DNA of 61,248 nucleotides, counting the filler, from Jimgerdemannia flammicorona (taxonomy: Eukaryota): the NCBI GenBank assembly GCA_003990765.1. It is 2 parts of 2 records of this genome, joined end to end, with 100 filler letters (N's around TTAATTAATTAA, not from the genome) between each part and the next. Parts side by side here need not be neighbours in the genome. Positions count along the whole stretch, not along the records: positions 1 to 30,579 come from RBNJ01000438.1; 1 more part is not named here. The stretch is one strand, 5' to 3'. Below, piece by piece: positions 14,801-27,000 of this stretch. How positions within the stretch are numbered: the stretch's first letter is position 1; each line of letters opens with the position of its first letter. Position numbers and translations under genes: made by a program. The notes under the pieces are model-generated. The model ran no database searches. It saw only the letters and a program-made list of their open reading frames with translations, and was not told the origin of the DNA.

Positions 14801-15532
14801 GTTGAGTTTGACATTGGTGATGGAATGGAATGCCAAAGGGGACCAGGCCAGGATCTGTGGCCTAGCAGTTGGCAAGGAGTTGGAATTGGCGAAGAGTGGA
14901 ACTGGCATGATGTTTGGACCTGGAGTGCTGCAGTGAGAGTGTGGCTGCCACCAAAGTACTGGGTGGTCTGGTGGCATATGCTGCAGAGAAATGTTATGCT
15001 CAACTTTCACTCAGGGCACCTTGTAGTAGGGGGTTGCTTCGACTGTGAGGAGTGCTATAATGTAGGGCAGGAGGAGGGTTATGTACAGATGCCAGGACAT
15101 TGGCTAGGAGAGTATGAGGTGTTGGGGGACTTTTGGTGGACAATTGGGGATCGCTTAGGGGTATGGGGTAGGGGTGATGAAGTACGGGGGTGGTGGGAGG
15201 ATTTGAGGGATAGATTGGTAGGGGGGATAGAGAAGGAGTGGCTCACACTAGGTTGGGCTTTGGCTATTTGGGTGGGGCTGGCCAGTCATTGGCTTTTTGT
15301 TTTTGAGGATGGGAGGAGACAGAGCGTGGGGGACCAGCTGCTGCGATGGCATAGGCTTATGGAAGACACCTTAACTGGCTGGTGGCTGGGTTGGGGGATG
15401 CAGGGTGGTCGGCAGCGCTGCTTGGTGGAGAAAATCTGTGGGCAAAGTGGGGGGAGAGTTGGGGTAGTTGATGAAAGGGTGATTTTCATTCGTGAGGGTA
15501 TAGAGAGGGGCCCCCCTGTGGGGATTGGATAG
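11876..15532 (+). pseudogene. LINE ORF2 (APE-RT-zinc finger), 1218 codons with one internal TGA
   Basis: ORFs 11876..13546 and 13556..15532 share one frame. The TGA at 13544 is probably from CGA, since copy 1 reads ARLQ here. Motifs FLDQEKAYD, QGDPLSP, FADD, YLGI, SLAGRV, GGLGL. Confidence 0.95.
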
Positions 15533-15591
15533 TGGGTCAGAATGATGTATATTTACTCATAGACTGGTAATAAAGGTGGAGTCCAAGTGAC

Positions 15592-15628
<37 letters not shown>

Positions 15629-15633
<5 letters not shown>

Positions 15634-18600
15634 AGAATTCGAAACCTTCTGTACAAAACTTGAGTCACTCCTGAACACTGTTGGCCTAGGATATATCGCC
15701 AATGATGAAGCACGAAATGGTATAAGAGCAGACCATTTATTCGATGCCCTACCTGAATGGCTTACTAGAAAAATCTGAGAACAAGGCTGCCCAGTTGGTT
15801 GTGATTACCAACAATGGTGCCTGGTAAGAATCAAGACTATGGTCAAGCAAATCCTAACAGCTGGACCAATTCTGCCCCAAAGACAATTCAACAATAAGGA
15901 AAAGACTTGGATCAAGAAAGAAGAACCCAAGCATGAAGCATCCTGAGCTTCCTCTACATCCACCTCTTGGACACCCAGAAATCATGAACCCACGCAACCA
16001 AGTACCTTCAAAAAACTCACTGAAGGTGAAAGGAATGAACTTCAAAGAAGTGGAGCATGTTTCTATTGCTGAAAGACAGAACACATGGCCAGTGCCTGCC
16101 CTAACTGAAAATCCTGAACAGCAACATGAGCAACTGTTACTACTCTGCACCACCTCAATAACCTGACCATCAGAACACTGGACTTTGTCAAGTTAAGACA
16201 AACTGCTAAGGCCCCAACCAAAGAAAGTCAAAAAGCAGCTGGATATAACCTATATACAGCCGAAGAAGCTACAGTTTCCAACCAAGAAGTCAAGCAAGTC
16301 TACACAGAAATCAGTATCCAAATTCCTGAAGGACATGTTAGAAGAATATACTATCGCAGTAGCCTAGTATTGAAAGAACTCTCAGTAGAAGGAGGAGTCA
16401 TTGATGAGGATTATACAGGCGAAATTATTGTCCTCATCCAAAACTACAATTGGACACCCTTCAAGATCCCTATTGGTTTCTGCATTGCCCAGATCCTATT
16501 CAAAAAAATTGAGTCAACCCTGACAGTCAAAGAAGTCTCTGAACTACTGCCCACCATCTGAAGACCTAAAGGATTTGGCTTATCAAACAAAGCCCCAGCC
16601 CAATCTACCATAAATAAAGAAGAACAATTCAATAAGAAAATTGAAGACAGATATGTACCAAGTGGCTGATGCCCTCATGGTATTGGAATGTACTCATCCC
16701 AAATGATTGATGATTGCTTCTCTCATGTCAACAAATTGACTTAAAGAAGAACTAACAGAAGGAAAGCTCCTATAACTGAAATCACCACCATTGGATCAGA
16801 CAAACTGCTTATACTTAAAGCTTTTATCAACTGAGCACCTGTCAAGATTATGATAGACAGTGGTGCCTTAGGCAACTTCATCAATAAAGAAACAGCCAAT
16901 AGACTTAAGGTCTTCACCTCTCCAGTACAACAAACCCAAGCAGTTGCCACAGCTGATGGAACCTCACATGTTATCAGCAAGGAAGTCTGCAATCTACCCT
17001 TTCGAATTGGTGACTATTGAGTATATATTACCCTCCAGATTATACTACTTCCAGACAACAAAATCATCCTTGGAACTCTATGGTTAAAATAAGAGAATCT
17101 CATGATCGATTGGATAAATCATTCTCTGACCATCAAGAAAGGACACCACAACTTCAAACTGTAAGGTGAAAAGGACCCACTTAGTCCTAATGACTCTAGA
17201 TCAAAGATCACCCACATCAACAAGCTACAACTCAAGAAATTGGCCAAGAAATTCCCTCTCTTTGTCATCTCCATCCGCCCATCCAAAGGAGAACCTAAGA
17301 ACTCTGAAGAAGACTTTTCCAAAGTTGACAGCTATATCAGACCATTACTCTAGAAAGCCTGAGACACATTTCTGAACCGAACTATAGAACCACCTATATC
17401 TGTCATTATTAATGACCAAGAAGAATACAAAGTTGAACAAACCCTCAACAAACACAGTCACAAGAACCATCCAAATGGTACAACAATATCAGAACAAATT
17501 AGAAGGCCCTGACAAGAATGTCGAAAGCTAAAAAGGGGAGAGTTGTAAGTGTATAACCTCTAAGCCACCAAAATCACATGGCATCCTCAGAACTAATTTG
17601 GAAACCACATGTGAGACTACAAAACAAGTTACTGAAGAGATCATCTGATTATACAAAATATGCCAGCAAGTACAAGAACCCACCGCCAAGATACAAGAAT
17701 ACTTAAAGAAGTACTATAACCACAAGACTGACTCCAAACTACTATAACTAGTTTGGTATACTGTACTATTACAAAAGGAAACTGAAAGTACCAAACTTAA
17801 ATTGAGATAAGAAGAACCCTATCTCATCTACCAAAAGGTTCACGAACTGCACTTATCAACTCAAGACCAAGATACATTGTGACTATACAAGATCTCATTA
17901 CTTAGCAGAAGTAAAATGCATTTGAACAACTCTGTTCACTCTATCTGTGTCACCTCCATTGGAGAGTAACAGATGCTTCATCTGAACTCAAGAAAGCCAA
18001 TATCATCAAAACCAATCTCAAGCCATCCACGTGACAGATATTACTACTAGAAATTGCCTCAGATTACAGAAAATATCATTTCCAAGAGGTTTCAACCCCC
18101 AGCTGTGACATTGGGAGTCCTCGTCCTAGACAAGAATGGTCAGTCCTTGCAAATATACCAGAAGACCAAAAAAAAAAGAGAACCAAGACCTGTTATCCTT
18201 GTACAACCACTGCCACCAAAGACAGCCTTAATCTTACAAGAGATAGAAGTGACAATATCTTGAAACTGATACATAATGTCAGAAGTTAGAAAACTACTCA
18301 GATTTTGCCAGCAATGATGCCATTGATGGTGATGTCATCAAAGACTACCCAGATAGTGTCTAAACCTATAAATAGCTTAGCAATCATAGTATAGTTAGAT
18401 TAGCCTGGTACAATATGACTGTGAACTGACTCAGCAGTCAGACAATCTCTTGACATATTAGATTACACTTGTACTACATGACTGCATTCCAACTCAGCAA
18501 GGCACTAAGTGCTACATCTATATTTAGCATAGTCCAGATAGCCCCTTACTAGTATAAATACCCCCTCCCCCAGATCTCAGAATCTCAGACTTGAACACAA

Positions 18601-19033
18601 CTCCTGAACACTTCCCCACAATATCTCTTCACACAACCACTCCTAATATAGTAATATCATAAATAGCAAATAAACCTATTTAATAACCCACAACCCACTT
18701 TTAAGTAAATCTACTCTCCATTAGATCCCACTCCTAACCCCATTACGAAATTTCCTAATTGGGTATTGTCTACAGTGATACGCCAATTCAACTAAGCTGG
18801 TCTTAGTTTCTTGAACTTTCTGAAATATGGAAAATCCTGAACATCCAGAACTAGTCCAAAAAAGGACTTTGGTTGAGACATTAACCCAATCTTGAAATCA
18901 ATAAGTATAGAGAATGTACTCCATATGAAATTGATCTTGACCATAAGAAAACAGTCTTCTAGAATATCCAGAACTTCTAGAAAAACCCTTCCAGAACTAT
19001 GTAACAGTTACTCTAAAAAGCAACCCTCTTACA
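15629..19033 (+). mobile_element. Gypsy family A, RT/RH/IN-deleted copy, 5'-truncated: gag end, zinc knuckle, dUTPase, protease, partial chromodomain, PPT, 3' LTR
   Basis: Collinear with 41510-43350. CFYC..GH.ASAC ~16057, GGVIDEDYTGEI ~16391, MIDSGA ~16850, PPT 17530-17543. Confidence 0.92.
17544..19033 (+). repeat. Family A 3' LTR, variant (1490 bp) with a different U3
   Basis: TG...CA termini. The first ~45 bp and 18315-19033 match the other A LTRs; ~17590-18310 does not. Confidence 0.9.
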
Positions 19034-21720
19034 GGTCTTAACCTATACTCTGTTAAGTAAGTTACTATTCCTACCAAAGGCTGAACTCTGGTGCCTACTG
19101 GAATTATAGTCCAAAGTTATATCAGAATTATACTATAATCAGGACTCAGTGTCAAATATTATTTAGATATTAGTACTAATATCATTGACTCAGACTATTG
19201 AGGATAAGTTCAAGTCTTACTTATTAACTAGAAGAATTAAGACTATATAGTTAAGGAAGGAGACTGAGTTGTATAAATAATTCTAGAAAAAGTCAGTTAA
19301 CTCAAGATTATAGAAGTCCAAGAACTATCTAAAATCAAGTAAGATCAGAAATATTTTGGTAGCACTGATCAAGTAGTAAGTCTTACTGAAAATTAAGCTC
19401 AAGTTATGCTTATTTTTAAAGATTTAGTTAAAGGGAAAGAAGTTTAAGTACTCATAGATAGCAAAGCTATAGAAAACTTTATCAACTAGAATCTCATCAA
19501 AAGCCTCAAAATACTTATCAAACTAGTACCCAAGAATGATAGTATAGTTACTACAGATAATACACTATATCCTATTGAGTTAATTGCTACCAAACTACTT
19601 ATCAAGAATTAGAAATATTGAGAATAAGTAGATTTTGATATTATACTATTAGGAGATTATGATCTGATCTTAAGAAAACTCTGACTTATTAATACAATCC
19701 AAATATTAATTGATACAAGAATGAAGTTATTCTACTTTAAAAAGAAGTCAATATTACTATTAAGACAGACAAGTCTATAAAAAAAACCCCCGGATTATAA
19801 TACTATCAGTAATATAGTATACGAAAATACTCAAGAAGACAGTATATATCTTTATTATAATAGTCTGTCTTAAGAAGCAAGATAAAAAGCTATTAATCAA
19901 TAAAAGTATTAAGTTATTACTTGAAGAATTAAAGGATATCTTTCCAGATAAGCTATCTGATCTATCTCCTATATAAGAAGTTGATCATAAAATTAAACTG
20001 ACCACAGGAGCTGTATTATTCAAAAAATATATATACTGTATACATATCACCTCTCAAGATTGAAGTAGTTAAGAAAAACTAGAAGAGTTACTTGTAAGGA
20101 GCTATTCAATCAAGCAAATTCCCCTATGGCTCATCAGTTTTATTTATTAAGAAGAAGAATGGTATCTTGTAAATATATATAAATTACTGAGCACTCAATA
20201 AGCTTACAGTCAAGAACTGATATCTGCTATCCTTGATTAATTAAATTTTTGATACTCTCAAAAGTATCAAGTACTTCACTAAGCTAGACCTTATATCAGA
20301 TTACTATCAAATCTGAATTAAGCCAGAAGATATCTTTAAGACTATATTCATGACTCCTTTTAGACTCTATAAATTTCTAGTTTTAGTATTTGGTCTTACC
20401 AATATATCTGCTATATTCCAGATCCTTATGAATAAGATATTTAAGAACTAACTATTTATCTTCTTGTTGATATATCTTAACAACATTCTGATCTTTAGTA
20501 TAACTAAAAAAGAATATCTCAAGTATATCCAAGTAGTTCTGGAGATTTTATGAAAATATAAACTATATATAAAGCTCAAAAAGTATGAATTCTTCAAAGA
20601 ATAAGTCAAATATCTTAGTCATATTATCTCTATATAAGGAATTTAAGTAGATCTATATAAGATAGAGATAATTCAAGAATAATTTATTCTATTAAATCTC
20701 ACAGAACTCTGGCTCTTTCTTAGTCTAACTAGCTACTACTATTACTTTATCAAAAATTCTCTAGTATTACTGAGCCACTGACTAATCTTATAAGAAAGGC
20801 CTCTAACTCTGATCACTATATATTCTATATCTGAGATCTTTTTTGTTAACAAATTTTTCAAGAACTTAAAAACTATCTAACCTATACTCTAGTTCTGCAC
20901 AATATAGATCTAAGTCTGAAATTTACTATTACTACTAATGTATTAAATTTTGCTATTAAAGTAGTCTTATTATAAGATAATAGTAAAAGATATATATCAC
21001 TCTATTGTCTTTGAGTCTTATAAGTTATCTCTAGCCAAATAAAAGCTAACCATCTATAAAAAGGAGCTATTGATAATAATATATATACTATATCACTAGT
21101 AATACTATCTAGAAGATGTTGAGTTTAATGTTATTACTGACTATTAATTACTCAAATATATTAACTCCCAACCTAATCTATTATATCTACAAGCTAAGTA
21201 GAGTCTCAAGCTTCAAACTTTCAATCTAATAATTATCTATAAGTTTGGTAAAATACTTATAGTATCAGATATCTTATCTAAATATTCAGACCTTACCACA
21301 ATTATACAAGTTACTCTGGCATCAGAATTCTTAGACCAAATTAGACAAGCTTACAAAGAAGACACTATTGTTATTAGAGTTTTCTCAAATGAGCTCAAGA
21401 ATACATATACTATTGAGAACAATCTGATCTACTATCAAGACAAAGTCTACTTACTTGATAATATAAACCTATATTATAAATTACTATAAAAATACTATAA
21501 CTCCCCACTTATCAGTTATTTTGGAATTGAAAAAACTGTTAAGAATATTCAATATCACTACTATTGACTAAATATGATCAAGAAAATTAAGAACTATATT
21601 ACTAGCTATGACCTCTATTAGTATAACTAGTTTACTAATTAAGTACTAGCTAGTTTACTACAACCACTGCTAATTTTAACTAAGAAATTTGAGTAAGTTA
21701 TAATAGACTTTATAACTAGT
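19034..21720 (+). mobile_element. Gypsy family D internal relic: dUTPase-PR-RT-RNaseH-integrase N-terminus, very heavily mutated
   Basis: GLNLYS at 19034, IIDSDY ~19182, VLIDSKAIENFI ~19448, YFTKLDLISDYYQI ~20272, IYLNNILI ~20470 (from YLDD), integrase HHCC relic ~21490-21620, ending at IDFIT. Confidence 0.85.
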
Positions 21721-21779
21721 ATTCTGTAAACCTGACTTAATTAATCTGAAACCCAATCTATAAAACAGTCAACTTGGAA

Positions 21780-21995
21780 TTAGATATTAACTATCTTTAA
21801 CTCAACTCAAAATTGTATATTACCTATCTTTAACCTAATCTAGAATTATATATTATTAATCTTTAACCTAATCTGAAAATGTATGTCACCTGACTTTAAC
21901 CTGATCTATTATTTACCCTAAATTTAACTATAAACCCAACCCCTAAATCTGACTCTGAACCCAATCTCTAAATCTGATCCTAAATCTGACCCTCT
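21780..21995 (+). repeat. Degenerate ~33-bp tandem repeats plus short aacccaac/aatctgac repeats; possible DNA-transposon subterminal repeats
   Basis: ctatctttaactcaactcaaaattgtatattac / ctatctttaacctaatctagaattatatattat / taatctttaacctaatctgaaaatgtatgtcac. The assignment to a hAT end is inference. Confidence 0.55.
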
Positions 21996-22098
21996 AAACT
22001 CTGTCTTAAAAAAATGATTCAGATAATATTTGGATAATATTCAGAGCAATTAAAAGTAAAAAATATCTAAAGATTACTAAAAATCTAGACATATATAT

Positions 22099-23673
22099 TA
22101 TTATATAGTAATTATTGAGTCCTTCAAATATGTACATCAGATTCTCTTTAAGGTATATCTCTTAGACTAACTCAAATTTATTATAAGTAAGTTCTTGTTG
22201 GAGTACCTTCCCAAGATCTTATAGTCCTTAAACTTCTTATCTTTAAACTATCTTATTATCTCTTTAGATTGCTTGCAAGAAATTGTATATATTGAACTGG
22301 AACTAAAACTGACTTTATTTTGAAGGAAATAAGAGGAGTATTTATACAAAATATAATTCAATAGTTGCTAAAATATAAAGTTAAATATAAATTTCAATAA
22401 CTAAATAAAATACTAGAATATAGAAAACTATAGTTATTGGTACAGATTCCAGTATTAGTATAGATAGTTATACAAGTTCAGAGTGCTGGTAGAATTTGGT
22501 GGTATAGGAAAAGGATGCTGAAAGAATTCTGAGTCATACAGGATAAGAATGCCAGTGGAAGAATTAACTGTTATATAGGAAAAAGATGCTGGCAGAATTC
22601 AGTATAACTAAGAACTTTAAATCAGAATGTTCAGGACTATGGAGGTTTCATCCTCATCATTACTGAAGGAGATGAGATCTATGAATATTTCATTTGTCTC
22701 ATTGTATAGGTCATATGTTTCATATATGTCATGTAGGATGACATCATCACCAATGATGTCATCACATTTAGCAGTAAGAGCTCTCCAATCTATGACATTC
22801 TCTTCCACAAAATAAGGAATAAATGTGGAGTCTTGGGGAGATCTAACCTAGATGCTGGAGCCTTAGAATGCTGAGATCAATCTTTGCAAGAACTGATTTG
22901 AGTTGTTCTGAAGGATGGAATATCAAATTCTTCTACCTTATTATTATTGAGGATAATAGTGGACTGGACCTCTATAGCTACTATGGCTTCTAGTGCATTG
23001 ATATAATGGACTGACAGATCTCTGAAGTCTGAGACTCTGGTATACTCTAAGTTGAGAATCAATTATGGTATATACCTAAAGATCTGATGAATCTTCTTGA
23101 CTATCCTTATTTTATATATATCTATAGGAGTGGCATCTTATAGCTCTTGATGGCTGGCTTGAGAGAATTCCTAGCAGAAGAGGTTTCTTATTCTGTATTC
23201 TTGCCACATCTAGAGGTATTTGATAGCAATGATGATTCTTGTCTCCATTTCATTGTAGTAGAGAATATAATGATAAGGGTCACCAGTACCTAGGTTGATA
23301 CTAGGAGTCCTTGTGGTATAAGTCCTTATGGCTCATTGGATGTCTTGAAATATCCTTTCCTAGACTGAGAGGCCTTGGTGATTCCTTGATCTTGAGGTTT
23401 GGTGAGTAGCAGGTATTTTTTTTATAATAAGTCTTTGAGTTATTTCAGAATTAGTGGGTCTTGTTGAGTTGCTGCTACTGCAGTTCCTTGATCCTTCTTT
23501 TATATTCCTCAAGATATCTGTATTGTAGTCTCAATGACTTACAATTGGTCATTATTACTCATCTTATAGCCTGGGTGAGTTATGCTATATGATCTTCTCA
23601 TGCTTCAATCTGGTAGCTTGTAAGGAATTGCTATCTCTTGTGCTAATATCATCATTCTGAGGTTACTATTACA
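22099..23673 (-). repeat. Family B 3' LTR (1575 bp)
   Basis: Begins tgtaatag after the PPT aggaggaaga (minus strand) and aligns with 29332-30570. TATAAATA near 22340. Confidence 0.88.
22617..23416 (-). pseudogene. Family B LTR(U3)-encoded accessory ORF relic (~265 codons)
   Basis: Reconstructed from both LTRs: ERIFQDIQ(R)AI...EYEIGNLL...RIVKKIHQIFRYIP(Q)LILNLEYTRVSDFRDLS...DDIIGDDVI...acidic end. Stops are C>T/G>A-type; one frameshift in this copy. Confidence 0.7.
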
Positions 23674-24039
23674 TCTTCCTCCTGAATAAGGATCTTCTTA
23701 AATATCCTTATTCATTAGTCCAGTCCTGAAAAATTTGCTGATTTCATAACCTCTGATAGAGGGTTAAAAGGTAGTATTTATGAGCTGGTGTCTTCTCTAG
23801 TATTTTGGTATGATGGTGAAGAGTCATTATCTTCATATAGAGCAAGGGCCTGATTATGATCTTGACTAATCAGTTGATAGTTCAAACTCCTCTAGCTTCA
23901 AAAGTCTCATGGATGAGTAGTTGCTGGTACTATATCCCTTAGAGAATGGTCCAGACAGATTGCCTACTGGTTACAGGACATACTGTTATGATTCACAGAC
24001 TAGAACCTCATGGGTGGTCATCACATTTTACTTCTCTTA

Positions 24040-27000
24040 TATAAGTTCATGGTACTTCTTGAGTCTGTTTCTATATACCATAGTAGGCAGTATGGTCTCT
24101 AAGAGGTTTTTAAGCCAGAAGGTAGTTTTCTTGATATCTTGCACATAGAAGGGTCCTTCTCATTTAGGCTCCAGTTTTCACAACCATGAGGCTTCTATTA
24201 TATTTTAATATAGTAGGACCTTTTCTCTAATTTGGATGGGTTCTAGAGTCTTGTGATTCTTTTCTGCATTCTTCCTCATCAGTACTTGTGACTTGATGAT
24301 GTAATCTTCAGCCTTCTTCCTAATTTAGTATAGTCTCTGGATTTCTGAGTCAACTCATCTCTAAGTTAGGTTTAGATTTGTAGCTGAGGTTCCATTGGAA
24401 TCTTTTTCTCTGAAGAGTAGTTCTCTTGGGATAAAGTGTATACTCTATAACCATATGTCTCATAGGACAGAGAGGGTAGTTGAAAGATAGTTATCCTAAT
24501 TCTTGTATGCATCTGAGATCTTTGCCAAAATGTTCTTAAGGGTCTTATTAGTTCTCTCTATCTATTCATTTCCTTGAGGGTAGTATACAGTAGTCTTGAT
24601 GTACTGAATCTTGTATTTTTGATATATTATCTCATAGAATCCATTGTCAAATTCAGTGCTGTAGTCTGTAGTGGTTTGCTTTGGTGTCTTGTAGTGACAG
24701 ATGATTTCTTGATACAGGAAGTCAGCTATAGAGAGGGCATTGGCTTCCTGTAATGCTCCTACTTCTATCCATTTGATAAAGAGGTTTACAATAACAATAA
24801 TGTAGTGGTTTCCTGATAGTGTTACTAGTAGTGGTCCAATGATATCCATTTAAATGTGGTGGAAGGGAATAAACTCAATTTTTGATGATCTGGGTATCTA
24901 GTCTTACTGATCTTATTTCTGTTTTTGGCACTTATCACACTCTTTGATAAATTGGTATAGATTTTCTTCTATCTTAGGCCACTACATAGTTCTTCTTACT
25001 TTGTCATATGTGTTGGTTCCTCCTAAGTATTCTTGTTTATATACTTCCTTCATTACTTGATACTTCTTATATTCAAGTATTATAAGCTTTCCTTCTTTTC
25101 TGAGTATAGTATTGTCTAGTTAAAACTATTTCCAAGTCTAGTTAATGATGGTAATTGTTGAGGGTTCAAGATAGTTGGGTATCTTCTACTGCCTAAGATA
25201 GCTAATTAATCTATAGTATAACTCCTTATTCATGTTGAATAGTCTTGATGGGAGTATTTCAGAGTGTTCTTGAGAGTATATCAGTATTGGTATTGGTTCT
25301 TCCTGGGTATGCTTGACAGTATAGTCATACTCTTATAGCCTGTAGATCCATCTGATATATATTCCTTTGAGGTTCAGAGTATAGAATAGCCAGGTAAGAG
25401 CAGAATAGTCTGTTTGAATAGTGAAGTGTTTTCCAGCTAGGTAGTAGTAGAACTTGTCTACTATCCAAACTACTGCTAAGCATTTAAGCTTGTATGACTC
25501 ATAGTTTTGTTCTACTCCATAAATATCTCAGCTTGTATAGGAGATAACATATTTATATCTATCTTTCTTCTACATAAGCTAGGACTGCTCCAAGTTCTAT
25601 AGTACCTGGTCTTCTGAGAATGAGTGCTTGGGTCAACCTGGTCTTGAGTTCATTGAAGATTTCTTAGTATTTCTTAGTCCATTTAAATTTAGTCTCCTTC
25701 TTCAGTAGCTTATAGATAAATACTATAATGTTAGAGTATTCTTTGATGAATCTTCTATAGTATGAGGCTAGTCCAAGGAAGACATGGACTTCTGTGGTTG
25801 TTCTGGGTCTTGGGTAGACTGTAATAGCCTCAATCTTCATAGAGTCTATGTGGATTTCAGTTTGGTTGATGAGATATCCTAGGTAGGTAATTTTCTGAGC
25901 TGCAAACTTATACTTCTTGAGCTTGATGTAGAGGCCATACTCCTTGAGCTTCTTGAGGACTAGCTGTATATAGTTGATATGTTCCCATACAGTATTGCTA
26001 AAGATGATCACATCATCAATATAGACAAAGAGCCATTTTCCGATCTTATTGCTAAAGACTCTGTTCATCATTTACTGAAAACTTGCTGGAGTATTGCACA
26101 TTCCAAATAGTATTTGTAGGTAGATATAGGTGGTATCAGGTGTGATGAAGGCTGATTTCTCACTGGCATCTTGAGTGAGACCAATCTGATGAAAGACTGA
26201 GAACAGATCTAAGGTGGTGTAGTATTTGGCTTTGCTTCTAAGGGTGGTAAGGATTTCTTGAATATTTGGCAAGAGCTGCCTATCTTTCTTAGTAATTGCA
26301 TTGAGCTTCTTATAGTCAATGCAGAGTCTTGGGGCAAACTCACCAGGCTTGCTTCCTTTCTTTGGGGTAAGAACAATGGGTGAAGTCTAGAGACTGATAG
26401 CTTGCTTGATAATTCCAGTATCTTCTATTTCCTTGAGTTCTGCTTGTAGCCATTCTCTGTAGGCAAGTGGTATAGGTCTGGCTTTCTGGTAGATAGGCTT
26501 GGTATTGCTGGTGTCACTTCATGGTAGTATTTGGGTTCTTGATTGTGGATATTTCTGAAGTCTGTAGTAAGTACTTCTTCATTCTAGTATAGGATCTTGA
26601 GAAGTTGTTCTTATAGGGGAAAGTTTTCTCCAATGGTATATATATACTTATTCTGATTCTTGTCTTTCTTATACTTAAGTTTAGTAATCTTGGTAGTAGC
26701 ATAGGCTCCTTTTCCAGTAGATCTAAAGCCTTGTTCTTCTCTCTTAGTCTTAATGAGTTCAATGGCTTCAGTGATCTTGGGCTTCTTGATTTCATGGATT
26801 AGCATCTGATCAATCCTATCATGCTTCTTGACTTCAAATAGAGTGGTGGAGTTGTGATTTCTGACTATGAGAAAGATCTCACCAGTGTAATCAGAGTCAA
26901 TTACTCTTCCTTTAACTGAGATTTTGCTTTTGACCAGACTGCTCCTGGTCTTGATAATTCTAGTATAGTTCTCTAGCAACTTGACTTTAATTCTGGTGCC

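Larger units (their letters stand above)
9737..15628 (+). mobile_element. Full-length L1/Tx1-like LINE (copy 3) with poly(A) tail
   Basis: Short 5' UTR, ORF1, ORF2, AATAAA at 15569-15574 and an A-tract from 15595. No TSD found. Confidence 0.95.

Noticed and set aside
15587..15778. Poly-lysine ORF, apparent LINE-gag fusion protein
   Set aside because: Translation of the LINE poly(A) tail running into a gag fragment.
21900..21995. taaccc/ccctaa-like units suggesting interstitial telomere repeats
   Set aside because: Not a regular hexamer array; better explained as mutated transposon subterminal repeats.
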